Origin: Patescibacteria group bacterium | Lineage (GTDB): Bacteria > Patescibacteriota > Patescibacteriia > UBA1558 > GWA2-36-10 | Assembly: GCA_041665505.1 (NCBI GenBank) | Contig: JBAYIR010000003.1 | Span: 45,363-109,362 of the forward strand | Direction: 5' to 3' | Length of the DNA stretch: 64,000 nucleotides | Shown here: in pieces, positions 1-10,239 of the stretch | Layout: every line of letters begins with the position of its first letter | How positions within the stretch are numbered: position 1 is the stretch's first letter | Translations under genes and position numbers: made by a program | Notes under the pieces: model-generated | What the model was told of the DNA's origin: nothing | What the model saw: the letters and a program-made list of their open reading frames with translations, nothing else | Databases searched by the model: none

Positions 1-710
1 CCATATTAGCCAAGGCATCTACAGCTAATTCGGGTCTAGAGGTCCAAACTCATAATCCTTACCTAATGTTGGCTATTGGTGTAATTGTGTTTTTGGTAGC
101 CACCTATGTGCTTTGGAACATGGGTATAGCTGATAAGATAGCTTCTTATTTAAATAAATGGTATCTAACAAGTAGTACGGGAATATATACTAGATTTTTC
201 TTTGGTATGTTGATGTTGGGAGCTTCTGTCACTGCTCTTTTGGGTTTAGAACCAGTTTTGGGAGCTTTTGGTATCGGAGTAGTACTTTCTAAAGTAGACG
301 ACAAAATCAAACACGAAGCTTGGGAAAAAATTGAGGGCTTTATGCATATTTTCGTCGGTGCTTTTTTGGTCAGTATTGGTACAATGTTACCTCGTGCCTC
401 TTTGGTAAATTTTAAAGTTTGGTTGTGGGCAATATTATTTACGGTTTTAGCTTTTGTTGGTAAATATTTGGTTAAATATTTATTTAAAAATAAGCAAGAT
501 GGTAACTTAGTTGGTTTGGCTATGACTATTCGTGGTGAAGTTGGTTTGGTATTTGTGGCGGTAGCTTTGGCTAATAAGGCCTTAGATGAGACCATGGCTG
601 CTGCTGCACTACTGGCAGTAATTTTGGTGACAGTAGCTGGGGCTATAATTTTTGAAAAAGCAGTGATGAGAGAAACAAAATTGGAGAAAACGCAGAATAT
701 TGAAGCTTAG
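1..710 (+). CDS. Cation:proton antiporter (Na+/H+ exchanger family), C-terminal part. The reading frame is open back to the window edge, so the gene is probably 5'-truncated; first in-frame ATG is at 66.
   Basis: The frame carries no stop from position 3 to 710. The translation is polytopic membrane protein with a GLAMTIRGEVGLVFVAVALA motif typical of the second half of CPA1/CPA2 exchangers. 214 aa is only about half of a normal exchanger. Confidence 0.6.
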   Translation, partial: ILAKASTANSGLEVQTHNPYLMLAIGVIVFLVATYVLWNMGIADKIASYLNKWYLTSSTGIYTRFFFGMLMLGASVTALLGLEPVLGAFGIGVVLSKVDDKIKHEAWEKIEGFMHIFVGAFLVSIGTMLPRASLVNFKVWLWAILFTVLAFVGKYLVKYLFKNKQDGNLVGLAMTIRGEVGLVFVAVALANKALDETMAAAALLAVILVTVAGAIIFEKAVMRETKLEKTQNIEA

Positions 711-737
711 TTTAAAGTGTAAATAAAATTTTAATTC

Positions 738-772
738 TCAGCCCTGAGTCTATTCAAGGGGCTGAGTTTTTT
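738..772 (+). terminator. Rho-independent terminator
   Basis: 8-bp stem ctcagccc/gggctgag with a 13-nt loop, followed by a T-run, directly after the antiporter stop. Confidence 0.6.
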
Positions 773-785
773 ATTTTATGTATTT

Positions 786-1769
786 GTGTTAAAATATGAT
801 TATAATATAAAAATATTTATGCTTACTTATACATTATTTATTGCTGGTTTTTATTTCTTGATTAAGGGTGCTAGCTATTTGGTGGACGGTGCTTCTTCTA
901 TTGCCAAAAAATTTAAAGTTTCTAATCTGATGATTGGATTGACCATTGTGGCTTTTGGCACTTCAGCTCCAGAATTGATTGTTAATTTATTTGCCTCTTT
1001 CAGAGGTAGTAGTGATTTGGCTATTACCAATATTGTTGGCTCAAATATTGCTAATATTTTACTTATTTTAGGTATATCGGCCATTATATTTCCTTTAGCT
1101 GTAAAAAAAGGTACAGTAATTAAGGAAATACCCCTTAGTTTTTTAGCGGTGTTGGTGTTATGGTTTTTGGTCAATGACATGATGATTGATCATTTGAGTT
1201 TTTCAGCTTTAACTAGAATAGATGGGGCTATTTTGATAGCTTTTTTTATAATATTTATATATTATACTTTTGGTTTATCTAAAGCTGAAGGCGATGGGGA
1301 AGATATAAAAGAATATAAAACTTGGCAGTCTATCATTATGGTTATAGCTGGAGTAGTGGCTTTGACTCTAGGTGGTCAGTGGATAGTAGATGGGGCTACT
1401 AAAATTGCTTTAAAATTTGGGATGAGTGAATCACTAATCGGCTTGACTATAGTGGCAGTTGGCACTTCATTACCAGAATTAGCCGCCAGTGCTGTAGCGG
1501 CTTATAAACATAAAGCTGATATCGCTATTGGTAATGTGGTGGGGTCAAATATTTTTAATATATTTTGGATTTTGGGCATTAGTGCTTTGGTTCGTCCTTT
1601 AGTTTTTTCACCTATTTTAAATATCGATATTTATTTTATGGCTTTGGTGACACTAATATTATTTTTGTTTATGTTTATTGGTAAAAAAGGTATTTTACAA
1701 AAATGGCAAGGTATTAGTATGATTAGTATTTATATAATTTATATAGTTTATCTAATTAATAGGGGATAA
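786..1769 (+). CDS. CaCA-family Ca2+/Na+ antiporter (YrbG-like)
   Basis: Two alpha-repeat motifs (GTSAPELIVNLFA and GTSLPELAASAVAA) and a polytopic architecture, 327 aa. Confidence 0.85.
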   Translation: MLKYDYNIKIFMLTYTLFIAGFYFLIKGASYLVDGASSIAKKFKVSNLMIGLTIVAFGTSAPELIVNLFASFRGSSDLAITNIVGSNIANILLILGISAIIFPLAVKKGTVIKEIPLSFLAVLVLWFLVNDMMIDHLSFSALTRIDGAILIAFFIIFIYYTFGLSKAEGDGEDIKEYKTWQSIIMVIAGVVALTLGGQWIVDGATKIALKFGMSESLIGLTIVAVGTSLPELAASAVAAYKHKADIAIGNVVGSNIFNIFWILGISALVRPLVFSPILNIDIYFMALVTLILFLFMFIGKKGILQKWQGISMISIYIIYIVYLINRG

Positions 1770-1773
1770 TATT

Positions 1774-3405
1774 ATGGAAAATTTGGAAAATAATAATCAA
1801 GTCAGTAATACTTCAGAAAGTCAAATTAAGGCAGTTGATCCACAACAAAATATTCCTATACCTCAAGCTTTAGAGGAGAGGATAGCTCAACAAGCCACTA
1901 AAGGCAATCATTCTAGAGCTAGAATATGGTTGCTGGTTTCAGTAGTGGTTTTATTTGTTTTAGTCGGTGTAGGAGGTTTTTGGTATTATGCCCAAGGTCA
2001 AGCTTGGTTATTGCTCAGACAAGCCAAATGGTCTTGGGGTGATAGTACTTTAGAAAATTATCAGCAAGATACTAATTTATCATTGGCTATTAGTACTAGT
2101 GGTAATAGTGATCAACCGGCTGCAGCCAGCACACTCTTAGGTGGTAAAAAATTTGACATAGATATCACTACTCAGCAAAAAAATATAGCCACTAATATGG
2201 AGGCAGATATAAATCTTAAAGCTAAATCAGATAATGTAAATTTTGATATTAAACTTAAGACCAAAAAAATAGATGATAAACTTTATTTATTTATTGATGT
2301 GGGTGATATTAAAGATTTGTTGGGCGGTTTAGTACCAGTACCAGATTTTGGTGACACTTGGTTAGCAACTGATATTAAAAATTCTTATAATATTAGTTTA
2401 GATAAAGCCAAAGAAACTAAAGTCAATACAAAATTTAATGAATTTTTGGATAAATTAATAACGGAGAGAGTTTTTGATATCAAGGACCTTAAAAAAGATC
2501 AAAATGGCTTTAGAAAAATACAATTAAATGTTAAAGCCAATAAAATTGATAATTTTATATTATCGACTATCAACTACGGAGCAGATATTTATGAAATAGT
2601 TTCGGAAGTAGATGAAGTAGATAAAGATTCTTTAACTTACAAGAATTATAGAGAAGAAAATATCAAGAATTTTGAAAAAATGAAAACAGACAAGCCAGCT
2701 GAATGGGAAAAAATGAAAACAGCCTTGGTTAGTATAGATTTTATGATTTTATTGGATGAAGACACCAAAATAATTCATGGTCTAGAGCTATATTTAAATA
2801 ATGTAGTTTTTGATTCAGCTGGTGTTTCCACTACTGTTTTAGGCAATATAAAATATTTGATTAAACCTATTGAGGCTTATCAGATAATCAAGCCTACTAA
2901 TGTCAAAGAGATTGGTGACTGGCAAGAAATTTTTACTCCGACTCTAGTTGAACCAAATGAGACAAGCTATTTTTCTGATGATGTTGACAGTGACCAAGAT
3001 GGTTTGAGTGATTTGGCAGAATCTCTTTATGGTACCCAGATAGATAATTCTGATAGTGATGGTGATGGTTATTTAGACGGTCAAGAAGTGGATAATGGTT
3101 ATAATCCCATGGGGGAGGGCTCTTTGGATAAAGAAAAATTAATTGATAAAAATTATGCCTATCAGCAAGCCACTAAAGCTAGAAATATATGTGAAGAGGA
3201 TGGGGGTTTATGGAAATATGATTTCGATTTTAATACCATAGATAATATTATAGCTATAGATGATAAATGTTATGAGTATAAGGATGCCTTATCTTGCCAA
3301 AGTGATAGTAATTGTGTTTTTAACGGGGGAGAATGTTTTATGAATATTTGCCAGTGCCCAGTTGGTAAAATATTTGATCTGCGTGAACTGAGTGGTTGTA
3401 AATAA
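1774..3405 (+). CDS. Membrane-anchored secreted protein with thrombospondin type-3-like Ca-binding Asp-rich repeats and a Cys-rich C-terminal module
   Basis: Single N-terminal TM (IWLLVSVVVLFVLVGVGGFWYYA). DxDxDG motifs (DSDQDGLSD, DSDGDGYLDGQEVDNGYNP). Nine Cys in the last ~80 aa. Confidence 0.6.
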   Translation: MENLENNNQVSNTSESQIKAVDPQQNIPIPQALEERIAQQATKGNHSRARIWLLVSVVVLFVLVGVGGFWYYAQGQAWLLLRQAKWSWGDSTLENYQQDTNLSLAISTSGNSDQPAAASTLLGGKKFDIDITTQQKNIATNMEADINLKAKSDNVNFDIKLKTKKIDDKLYLFIDVGDIKDLLGGLVPVPDFGDTWLATDIKNSYNISLDKAKETKVNTKFNEFLDKLITERVFDIKDLKKDQNGFRKIQLNVKANKIDNFILSTINYGADIYEIVSEVDEVDKDSLTYKNYREENIKNFEKMKTDKPAEWEKMKTALVSIDFMILLDEDTKIIHGLELYLNNVVFDSAGVSTTVLGNIKYLIKPIEAYQIIKPTNVKEIGDWQEIFTPTLVEPNETSYFSDDVDSDQDGLSDLAESLYGTQIDNSDSDGDGYLDGQEVDNGYNPMGEGSLDKEKLIDKNYAYQQATKARNICEEDGGLWKYDFDFNTIDNIIAIDDKCYEYKDALSCQSDSNCVFNGGECFMNICQCPVGKIFDLRELSGCK

Positions 3406-3422
3406 TATTTAAGATATTTTAA

Positions 3423-3460
3423 TCCATCCAGCCCCTCGCGAAGGGCTGGATGGATTTTTG
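3423..3460. terminator. Bidirectional rho-independent terminator between convergent genes
   Basis: 12-bp GC-rich stem tccatccagccc/gggctggatgga with loop ctcgcgaa, flanked by T-run and A-run. Confidence 0.8.
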
Positions 3461-3488
3461 TTTTAACAATTTTTGTAGAGTTGGAGAA

Positions 3489-4817
3489 TTATTTAATATA
3501 GTTTAGAGGATTTTTCTTTGCTTCATTAACTCGTACTTCAAAGTGAAGATGTGGTCCAGTAGACCGACCAGTTGATCCTACCAAGGCAATAGTTTGACCA
3601 CGCGAAACTGAATCACCAGCTGATACTAATACTTTGCTAGCATGCCCATAAAGAGTTTTCAGGCCATTACCATGATTTATTATTACATAATTTCCATAAC
3701 CACCACTATTCCAGCCAGCTTTTTCTACTTTACCAGCCTCAGCTGCATAGATTGGATTGCCAGTTTTGTCACCAACATCTAAACCAGAATGACCCCAGTG
3801 GTAGTATTGAGTAATTTTATGACTAAGCAAAGGCCAGAGTAGCTTGGTACCAGTATTTACATCATCAGCATCGGGCGGTATGACATTGGAGCTACTGTTG
3901 GAGCTACTATTTGATTTAGGAGGAGTATATGAGGATACTATTTTAGTCGGAGGTACACCATCAGGAATAAATAACATATCACCAATACTAATATCAGATG
4001 AATCAGCTAGTTTATTAGCGGCTACAATTTTTTCTGCTTCAGTTTGATATTTTTTGGCTATAGCCAAAATTGTGTCACCTGATTTTACTTTATGATTAAT
4101 ACCAGAATCTTGTAAGATATTTAATTTTTGACCGGCACGAATAGTGCTATTCCAAGTCAAATCATTTTCCCATAAAATAGTATTGGCTGATACACCAAAT
4201 TTTTCGGCAATACTACCTATGACATCGCCTGCTTGGACAGTATATTCAACTAATTTGGTTCTAGATATTTCATTTGGTGTTTCACTAGAGTCAAGGGTGT
4301 CTTCTGGACTAAGTAGTACCAAGCTAGATGAATCTGGTGACACCCCAGCTCCCAAATCTTCTTCTTCTGCAAAAGGAGTGGCTACCACCAATTGTTGTAA
4401 GGCCCCTTGTTCATCTAGATAATTTACTACTGGAGCTTGATTTATAGCCGGACCAGTTTCTTCTATTAATTCACTCCAAGAAGCTGTTTCATCTTCACTA
4501 GCGGGTATGATATTGGATAAGAGAGTGCGATTGGCGTATTCGTCAGTACTATAATTTTGAGCAAATATATTATTGGTAGTGACTGATATAATGATAATAA
4601 CAATAATGGCACTCGGTAAATATTTTTTAACCAGTATAATATAGTTTATATTGTCAAATTTTATATTTTTGGATTTTATCCTTATTTTTAGGATATTTCT
4701 ATAAACTAGTAGTATACTAGGTAAAAATGTATATTTACCTAGCCAAAGTAAAGATAAACCAAAAAAGGCACCTAATTTTAGCGATTTATTGTATAAATAA
4801 ACCAAGGTGTCGGCCAA
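3489..4817 (-). CDS. M23-family metallopeptidase with two LysM domains (cell-wall hydrolase). The N-terminus or start codon is uncertain.
   Basis: C-terminal M23 signature (GLDVGDKTGNPIYAAEAGKV ... GYGNYVIINHGNGLKTLYGH ... GSTGRSTGPHLHFEV). Two LysM-like segments (YTVQAGDVIGSIAEKFGV and HKVKSGDTILAIAKKY). Hydrophobic signal-like segment SAIIVIIIISV. Confidence 0.85.
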   Translation of the reverse strand: MADTLVYLYNKSLKLGAFFGLSLLWLGKYTFLPSILLVYRNILKIRIKSKNIKFDNINYIILVKKYLPSAIIVIIIISVTTNNIFAQNYSTDEYANRTLLSNIIPASEDETASWSELIEETGPAINQAPVVNYLDEQGALQQLVVATPFAEEEDLGAGVSPDSSSLVLLSPEDTLDSSETPNEISRTKLVEYTVQAGDVIGSIAEKFGVSANTILWENDLTWNSTIRAGQKLNILQDSGINHKVKSGDTILAIAKKYQTEAEKIVAANKLADSSDISIGDMLFIPDGVPPTKIVSSYTPPKSNSSSNSSSNVIPPDADDVNTGTKLLWPLLSHKITQYYHWGHSGLDVGDKTGNPIYAAEAGKVEKAGWNSGGYGNYVIINHGNGLKTLYGHASKVLVSAGDSVSRGQTIALVGSTGRSTGPHLHFEVRVNEAKKNPLNYIK

Positions 4818-5057
4818 GCGGATAGCTAGTTTATTAAATATTTTTTTGATAAAAAGACTAATATAGTTAGCTTAATATTTAAATATTTTCATAGTATAAA
4901 TGATAACATATCAGAACATATTTTAACAGTCAAGCTCTATTTTGTTAGATTAAACATTTTTGTCAGCAGTTGTTTTTAAATTAAAATCCTTGTGGGTTTT
5001 AATTTGATTTTTTAGCTAGCAAATGATAAAATTTGACTACGATTTTGTAAAATCTAT

Positions 5058-7481
5058 ATGAAATATCAACCGAGTAAAATTGAAAAAAAATGGCAAAAGT
5101 ATTGGGAAGATAATAATACTTTTGTCACTAAAGATAATGCCGAGGCGGCCAAATTTTACGCTTTGGTAGAATTTCCTTACCCTTCCGGTGAAGGTTTGCA
5201 CACGGGGCATCTTAGATCTTATACAGCTTTAGATATTATTTGCCGTAAAAAAAGAATGGAAGGCAAAAATACTTTATTTCCCATGGGTATGGATGCTTTT
5301 GGTTTACCAGCCGAAAATTATGCTATCAAGACCAATACTCATCCACAGATTACTACTCGTAAAAATATAGATAATTTTGTTCGTCAGCTCAAGGGCACAG
5401 GTTTGGCTTTTGACTGGTCTCGCTTTATAGAAACTACTGATCCAAAATATTACAAATGGACACAGTGGATTTTTATCCAGATGTTTAAAAAGGGCTTGGC
5501 TTATAAAGCTAGTGAAAATATTAATTGGTGTATTTCTTGTAAGATTGGTTTGGCCAATGAAGAAGTAGTGGGTGGGGTTTGTGAAAGATGTGGGGGAGAG
5601 GTAATCAAAAAACAAAAAGAACAATGGATGCTCAAAATCACAGATTATGCTGATCGTTTACTGGCTGGTTTAGACAAGGTAGATTTTTTGACCACTATCA
5701 AAAAACAACAAAGTGATTGGATTGGACAGAGTCATGGTGCAGAAATAGATTTTCCCATATTAGATAGCGATGAAAAATTAAAAGTTTTTACTACTCGTCC
5801 GGATACTTTATTTGGAGTAACTTTTATGGTTTTGGCTCCTGAACATCCTATACTGCAAAAGTTGGAAAAAAATATTAAAAATATTTCAGAGCTTAAAGAG
5901 TATATAGAGGCCGCTAGTAAAAAAACTGATCTAGAGCGAGCTAGTGAAGATAAAGCTAAAACAGGGATTAAACTACAGGGCCTTAAGGCTATTAATCCAG
6001 TCAATAATGAAGCTTTAGCTATTTTTGTGGCTGATTATGTAATGATGACTTATGGCACTGGAGCCATTATGGCTGTACCAGCCCATGACGAGCGTGATTG
6101 GGATTTTGCTAAAAAGTATAATTTAGAAATAAGGGAAGTCATTAGTGGTGGTGATGTCAGTCAGAGTGCTTATACTAATACACAAACAGGTCAGATGCTA
6201 AATTCTGGTGAATATAATGGTTTGCTGGTTAAAGATTTTCAAACTAAAATAGTAAAATATTTAGAAGATAAAAAATTTGGTCAAGCAGCCACACATTATA
6301 AATTACATGATTGGATTTTTTCTCGTCAGAGATATTGGGGAGAGCCAATTCCAATGGTCTATTGTCAAAACTGCGCTTGGCAGCCGCTGGATGAAAAAGA
6401 TTTGCCGCTGACGCTACCAGAGATAGATAATTTTAAACCTGGTGAAAATGGTGAGTCACCTTTGGCTGGTATAACTGATTGGGTAAATACTACTTGTCCA
6501 AAATGTGGTCAAGCGGCTAAACGTGAAACAGACGTGATGCCAAATTGGGCTGGCTCCAATTGGTATTTTATTCGTTATTTGGATCCACATAATGATACAG
6601 AATTAGTTAGCAGACAAAAAGCTGATTATTGGTTGCCAGTTGATTGGTATAATGGCGGTATGGAACATGTCACTCTTCATTTACTTTATTCTAGATTTGT
6701 TTACAAATTTTTGGCTGATATTGGTATTGTGCCAAAGAATAAAAATATTGGAGACGAGCCTTATACCAAGCGTACTGCTCAGGGCATGATACTAGGTGAA
6801 GGTGGCATCAAGATGTCTAAATCCAAAGGTAATGTCATAAATCCTGATGCTTATTTGGAGAAGTATGGGGCAGATACAGTTAGAACTTATGAAATGTTTA
6901 TGGGGCCTTTTGATCAATCAATAAGTTGGGATGACAAAGGTGTGATGGGTGTTTTTAGATTTTTAAATAAAGTTTGGGATTTACAAAACAAAGTTAGCGA
7001 GCTAGAAATAGATAAAGCCACTCAAATTTTACTTCACAAAAGTATCAAAAAAGTCGGTGAGGATATTGATAGCATGCGCTTTAATACAGCAGTGTCTCAA
7101 ATGATGATTTTGGTTAATTTTCTAGATAAACAAACATCTATAGCTAAAGACGTTTTTGCTGATTTTATACTAATATTAGCTCCTTTTGCTCCACATATGG
7201 CTGAGGAAATGTGGCAGATTCTTGGTCATCAGACCAGTTTAGCTGATTATGCTTGGCCAAAATATGATTCAAAATTGGCTCAAGACGAAAGAGTAATTAT
7301 TGGTATTCAAATCAATGGTAAAGTGCGTGATGAAATAGAATTGGATTTTGATACTGAACCATCAAAAGATTTGGAAAAAGAAATATTAGCTAGAGAAAAA
7401 GTAGCTAGAAATATTTTGGGTAAAGATATAGTAAAGTTTATACACATTAAAAATAAAATAATTAGCATTGTCGTTAAATAA
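5058..7481 (+). CDS. leuS: Leucyl-tRNA synthetase
   Basis: Class I HIGH-type motif (PYPSGEGLHTGHLRSY) and KMSKSKGN motif, with CP1 editing and Zn-knuckle cysteines. 807 aa, typical bacterial LeuS length. Confidence 0.95.
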   Translation: MKYQPSKIEKKWQKYWEDNNTFVTKDNAEAAKFYALVEFPYPSGEGLHTGHLRSYTALDIICRKKRMEGKNTLFPMGMDAFGLPAENYAIKTNTHPQITTRKNIDNFVRQLKGTGLAFDWSRFIETTDPKYYKWTQWIFIQMFKKGLAYKASENINWCISCKIGLANEEVVGGVCERCGGEVIKKQKEQWMLKITDYADRLLAGLDKVDFLTTIKKQQSDWIGQSHGAEIDFPILDSDEKLKVFTTRPDTLFGVTFMVLAPEHPILQKLEKNIKNISELKEYIEAASKKTDLERASEDKAKTGIKLQGLKAINPVNNEALAIFVADYVMMTYGTGAIMAVPAHDERDWDFAKKYNLEIREVISGGDVSQSAYTNTQTGQMLNSGEYNGLLVKDFQTKIVKYLEDKKFGQAATHYKLHDWIFSRQRYWGEPIPMVYCQNCAWQPLDEKDLPLTLPEIDNFKPGENGESPLAGITDWVNTTCPKCGQAAKRETDVMPNWAGSNWYFIRYLDPHNDTELVSRQKADYWLPVDWYNGGMEHVTLHLLYSRFVYKFLADIGIVPKNKNIGDEPYTKRTAQGMILGEGGIKMSKSKGNVINPDAYLEKYGADTVRTYEMFMGPFDQSISWDDKGVMGVFRFLNKVWDLQNKVSELEIDKATQILLHKSIKKVGEDIDSMRFNTAVSQMMILVNFLDKQTSIAKDVFADFILILAPFAPHMAEEMWQILGHQTSLADYAWPKYDSKLAQDERVIIGIQINGKVRDEIELDFDTEPSKDLEKEILAREKVARNILGKDIVKFIHIKNKIISIVVK

Positions 7482-7508
7482 TTATTATTTATGAGTTTAC
7501 TTAAATAG

Positions 7509-8144
7509 TTGCGACGGCTAAGTTTGAATATTATGATAGAGATAAAATTAACTAAAGATAATAAAGCACAAGTTTTACAAACAGCTATTGAAGTTTTAAA
7601 TAAGGGTGGAATAATAATTTATCCCACAGAGACTTCTTATGGTTTGGGTTGTGATTTTTATAATACCAAAGCCAACAATAAGATTTATAAAATAAAAGGA
7701 CGTGGTAAGAAAAAACCATTATCAGTTATTGTACCAGATGTTATAGCCGCTAGTTATCTAATTAATTTTTCTGACCAGTCTAGGCGTCTAGCTTTAGAAT
7801 ATTGGCCAGGACCTTTGACTTTAGTTTTGCCATATAAATATTGTAAATTACAAAACCATTGTGATGATTATTTGGCACTAAGAGTATCAAGTCATCCTTT
7901 TGCTAGCTATTTGTCTATTAATTTTGGTAAGCCGATAGTAGCTACTTCCGCCAATATAAGTGGTCAGTCAGATTGCTATACGCCAGAAGAAATTATGAAT
8001 CAATTTAAAGATTTAGAAACAAAAGCAGATTTATTTATTAATGCTGGCAACTTACCTAGAAAAGCTACTTCTACTATTATAAAATTCGTTGAAGATAGGG
8101 GAGAAATTCTTCGCCAAGGAGATATAAAAATATCTCTTATTTAA
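7509..8144 (+). CDS. tsaC: L-threonylcarbamoyladenylate synthase (YrdC/TsaC family)
   Basis: YrdC signature IIIYPTETSYGLGCD and later SANISG motif; 211 aa. Confidence 0.85.
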   Translation: MRRLSLNIMIEIKLTKDNKAQVLQTAIEVLNKGGIIIYPTETSYGLGCDFYNTKANNKIYKIKGRGKKKPLSVIVPDVIAASYLINFSDQSRRLALEYWPGPLTLVLPYKYCKLQNHCDDYLALRVSSHPFASYLSINFGKPIVATSANISGQSDCYTPEEIMNQFKDLETKADLFINAGNLPRKATSTIIKFVEDRGEILRQGDIKISLI

Positions 8145-8168
8145 ACTAGGCGATTAAAAATAAAAATT

Positions 8169-9344
8169 ATGATGCACTTTATTAGGAGTTTTTTGCCTCA
8201 TCATATGAGGCGTCAAGTTAAAGAGCTATTTATCTTTACTAGCTTGATAGATTTTGCTTTAGCTTTGGTGACAATTTTTGAACCAATTTATCTTTATAAG
8301 ATTGGCTATGGGCTAAGTGAGATAATGTTTTTTTATTTTGTAGTTTATATTTTATATTTTGTTATTGTGCCAGTCGGAGCCAAATTTGCTCATCGTTTTG
8401 GTTATGAATTAGGCATGTTTGTTGGTTCCGGCTTCTTCATCGCTTTTTATCTGTCTTTATTTTTTATAGATAAATACCCTATTTTATTTTTTATTACGCC
8501 TATAATCTTCGCTATTCAAAAAATGTTTTATTGGCCAGCTTATCATGCTAATTTTGCTAGATTTTCTGATAAGGAGGAGCAGGGCAAACAAATTAGCGTG
8601 GTCAATGTAGCCACTTCGGCAATTTTTATTATTGGTCCGGTCTTGGCTGGTTTTATTATTTCTCAGTGGGGTTATGGAGCTTTGTTTATTGTAGCTTCTA
8701 TTATATTTTTGTCTTCCAATATTCCTACTCTACTCACCAAAGAGAGTTTCAAACCCAGTAGTTTTTCTTATCGGAGAGCTTATCAGGATCTTTTTAGTAA
8801 AGAAAATCGTCAGAGTTTTTTGGGCTATGTTGGCTTTGGTGAAGAGCTAATTGCTGTTATCATTTGGCCGGTATTTATTTCTATTGTGATTGTCAATGTT
8901 TTTGATTTAGGTCTAGTAGTTACGCTAGCTACTTTTATTACTACTTTAGTGGTTTTTTATATTGGTAAATTGACGGATTCTAAAAACAAAAGAAAAATTT
9001 TATCTCTCGGTGCTTATATTTATGCGCTGGCTTGGTTTTTTAGAATATTTATTATAAATACTGCGGGAGTATTTTTTGTAGATACTCTTTCTAGATTAGG
9101 TAAAAATATAATTTCTGTGCCTTTGATAGCTTTGACTTATGAAAAAGCCAAAGAGCAAGAAGCTAATAAAGAAAGAGTAATAATGAGTCGAGTACTATTT
9201 TTTGAAATGGCTTTAATTGTTGGTAAACTTCTGGCTATTATAATTATTTTTATTTTGACTTATTTTATAGCTGATGAAGCCCTGGCTTTTAAAATAACTT
9301 TTATACTGGGCGGAGCCATGACTTTACTTTATATGTTGCTTTAA
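8169..9344 (+). CDS. Polytopic membrane transporter, likely MFS family
   Basis: About 12 predicted hydrophobic helices in two halves separated by a charged loop; 391 aa. Confidence 0.55.
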   Translation: MMHFIRSFLPHHMRRQVKELFIFTSLIDFALALVTIFEPIYLYKIGYGLSEIMFFYFVVYILYFVIVPVGAKFAHRFGYELGMFVGSGFFIAFYLSLFFIDKYPILFFITPIIFAIQKMFYWPAYHANFARFSDKEEQGKQISVVNVATSAIFIIGPVLAGFIISQWGYGALFIVASIIFLSSNIPTLLTKESFKPSSFSYRRAYQDLFSKENRQSFLGYVGFGEELIAVIIWPVFISIVIVNVFDLGLVVTLATFITTLVVFYIGKLTDSKNKRKILSLGAYIYALAWFFRIFIINTAGVFFVDTLSRLGKNIISVPLIALTYEKAKEQEANKERVIMSRVLFFEMALIVGKLLAIIIIFILTYFIADEALAFKITFILGGAMTLLYMLL

Positions 9345-9348
9345 TTTT

Positions 9349-10179
9349 ATGACCATAGAGCAATTAGAGTTTTTGTTAAAAACATATCATCTAACGCCCA
9401 ATAAAATACGGGGGCAGAATTTTTTGATTTCCGATGAAGTACTAGATGATATTGTGGCTAGCTCAAAAATTGATAAAGAAACACTAGTGCTAGAGGTAGG
9501 GCCAGGTTTGGGTGCTTTGACGCAAAGACTAATAGCTAGCGCCAAGCAAGTAGTGGCTTTGGAGATTGATCATAATTTTAAAATAGTGCTTGATAAATTG
9601 GTCAAGGTCAATAAAAATTTAGAAATTATTTGGCAAGATATCTTATCTTTAACAGACCAAAAGTGGCAAGCTATTTTGGATAGGTATAATTTTAGGGATT
9701 ATAAAATAGTAGCCAATATTCCATATTATCTGACTGGTAAGTTTATACAAAAATTTGTTTTGGCTGACAAAAAACCGCTTAGTATGACTTTGATGTTACA
9801 GAAAGAAGTAGCTCAAAGGGTGGTAGACAACAAAAAACAAAGCCTCTTGTCACTAGCAGTGGCTTTTTATGCTAAGAGCCAGCTAATTCGGATTGTGACT
9901 AGAAATAATTTTTATCCTCAACCCAAAGTAGATTCAGCTATACTCTATATATATGATATTCATAGTTGGAATTATGATGTGCCTGAGAAAAAAACTTGGC
10001 AGATTGTCAAACGGGGTTTTGCTTTTAAAAGAAAAAAACTTTTCAATAACCTATTGAGTGATCAGAATATAGATAAGGAAAAATTGCAGGCTATATTTAG
10101 CAAAATAGGCCTAGATCTTAATATCAGAGCGGAAAAATTGAGAGTAGATGATTGGTTAAATATAGTAAAATATTTATAA
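9349..10179 (+). CDS. rsmA: 16S rRNA (adenine1518/1519-N6)-dimethyltransferase
   Basis: KsgA/RsmA signature IRGQNFLISDEVLDDIV, SAM motif VLEVGPGLGALT, and NIPYYLT motif. Confidence 0.9.
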   Translation: MTIEQLEFLLKTYHLTPNKIRGQNFLISDEVLDDIVASSKIDKETLVLEVGPGLGALTQRLIASAKQVVALEIDHNFKIVLDKLVKVNKNLEIIWQDILSLTDQKWQAILDRYNFRDYKIVANIPYYLTGKFIQKFVLADKKPLSMTLMLQKEVAQRVVDNKKQSLLSLAVAFYAKSQLIRIVTRNNFYPQPKVDSAILYIYDIHSWNYDVPEKKTWQIVKRGFAFKRKKLFNNLLSDQNIDKEKLQAIFSKIGLDLNIRAEKLRVDDWLNIVKYL

Positions 10180-10239
10180 AAACTTCTGGGGATAAATTGG
10201 CTAGGAGTTTTTTTAAAACCCTTTGGTTATTTTATAATT

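Noticed and set aside
146-595. Antisense 149-aa ORF inside the antiporter gene, and similar short ORFs listed in the track opposite or inside leuS, the giant gene, VirB6-like, VirB4, recG, the foreign PKD gene, the terminase and the helicase
   Set aside because: All are fully embedded in longer ORFs that have clear family signatures. Their low-complexity translations are typical of antisense frames in AT-rich DNA.
4818-5057. Looked for a T-box riboswitch leader upstream of leuS
   Set aside because: No specifier or T-box consensus (AATTAGGGTGG.ACCGCG-like) is visible. Only a weak hairpin and a possible TTGACT box are present.
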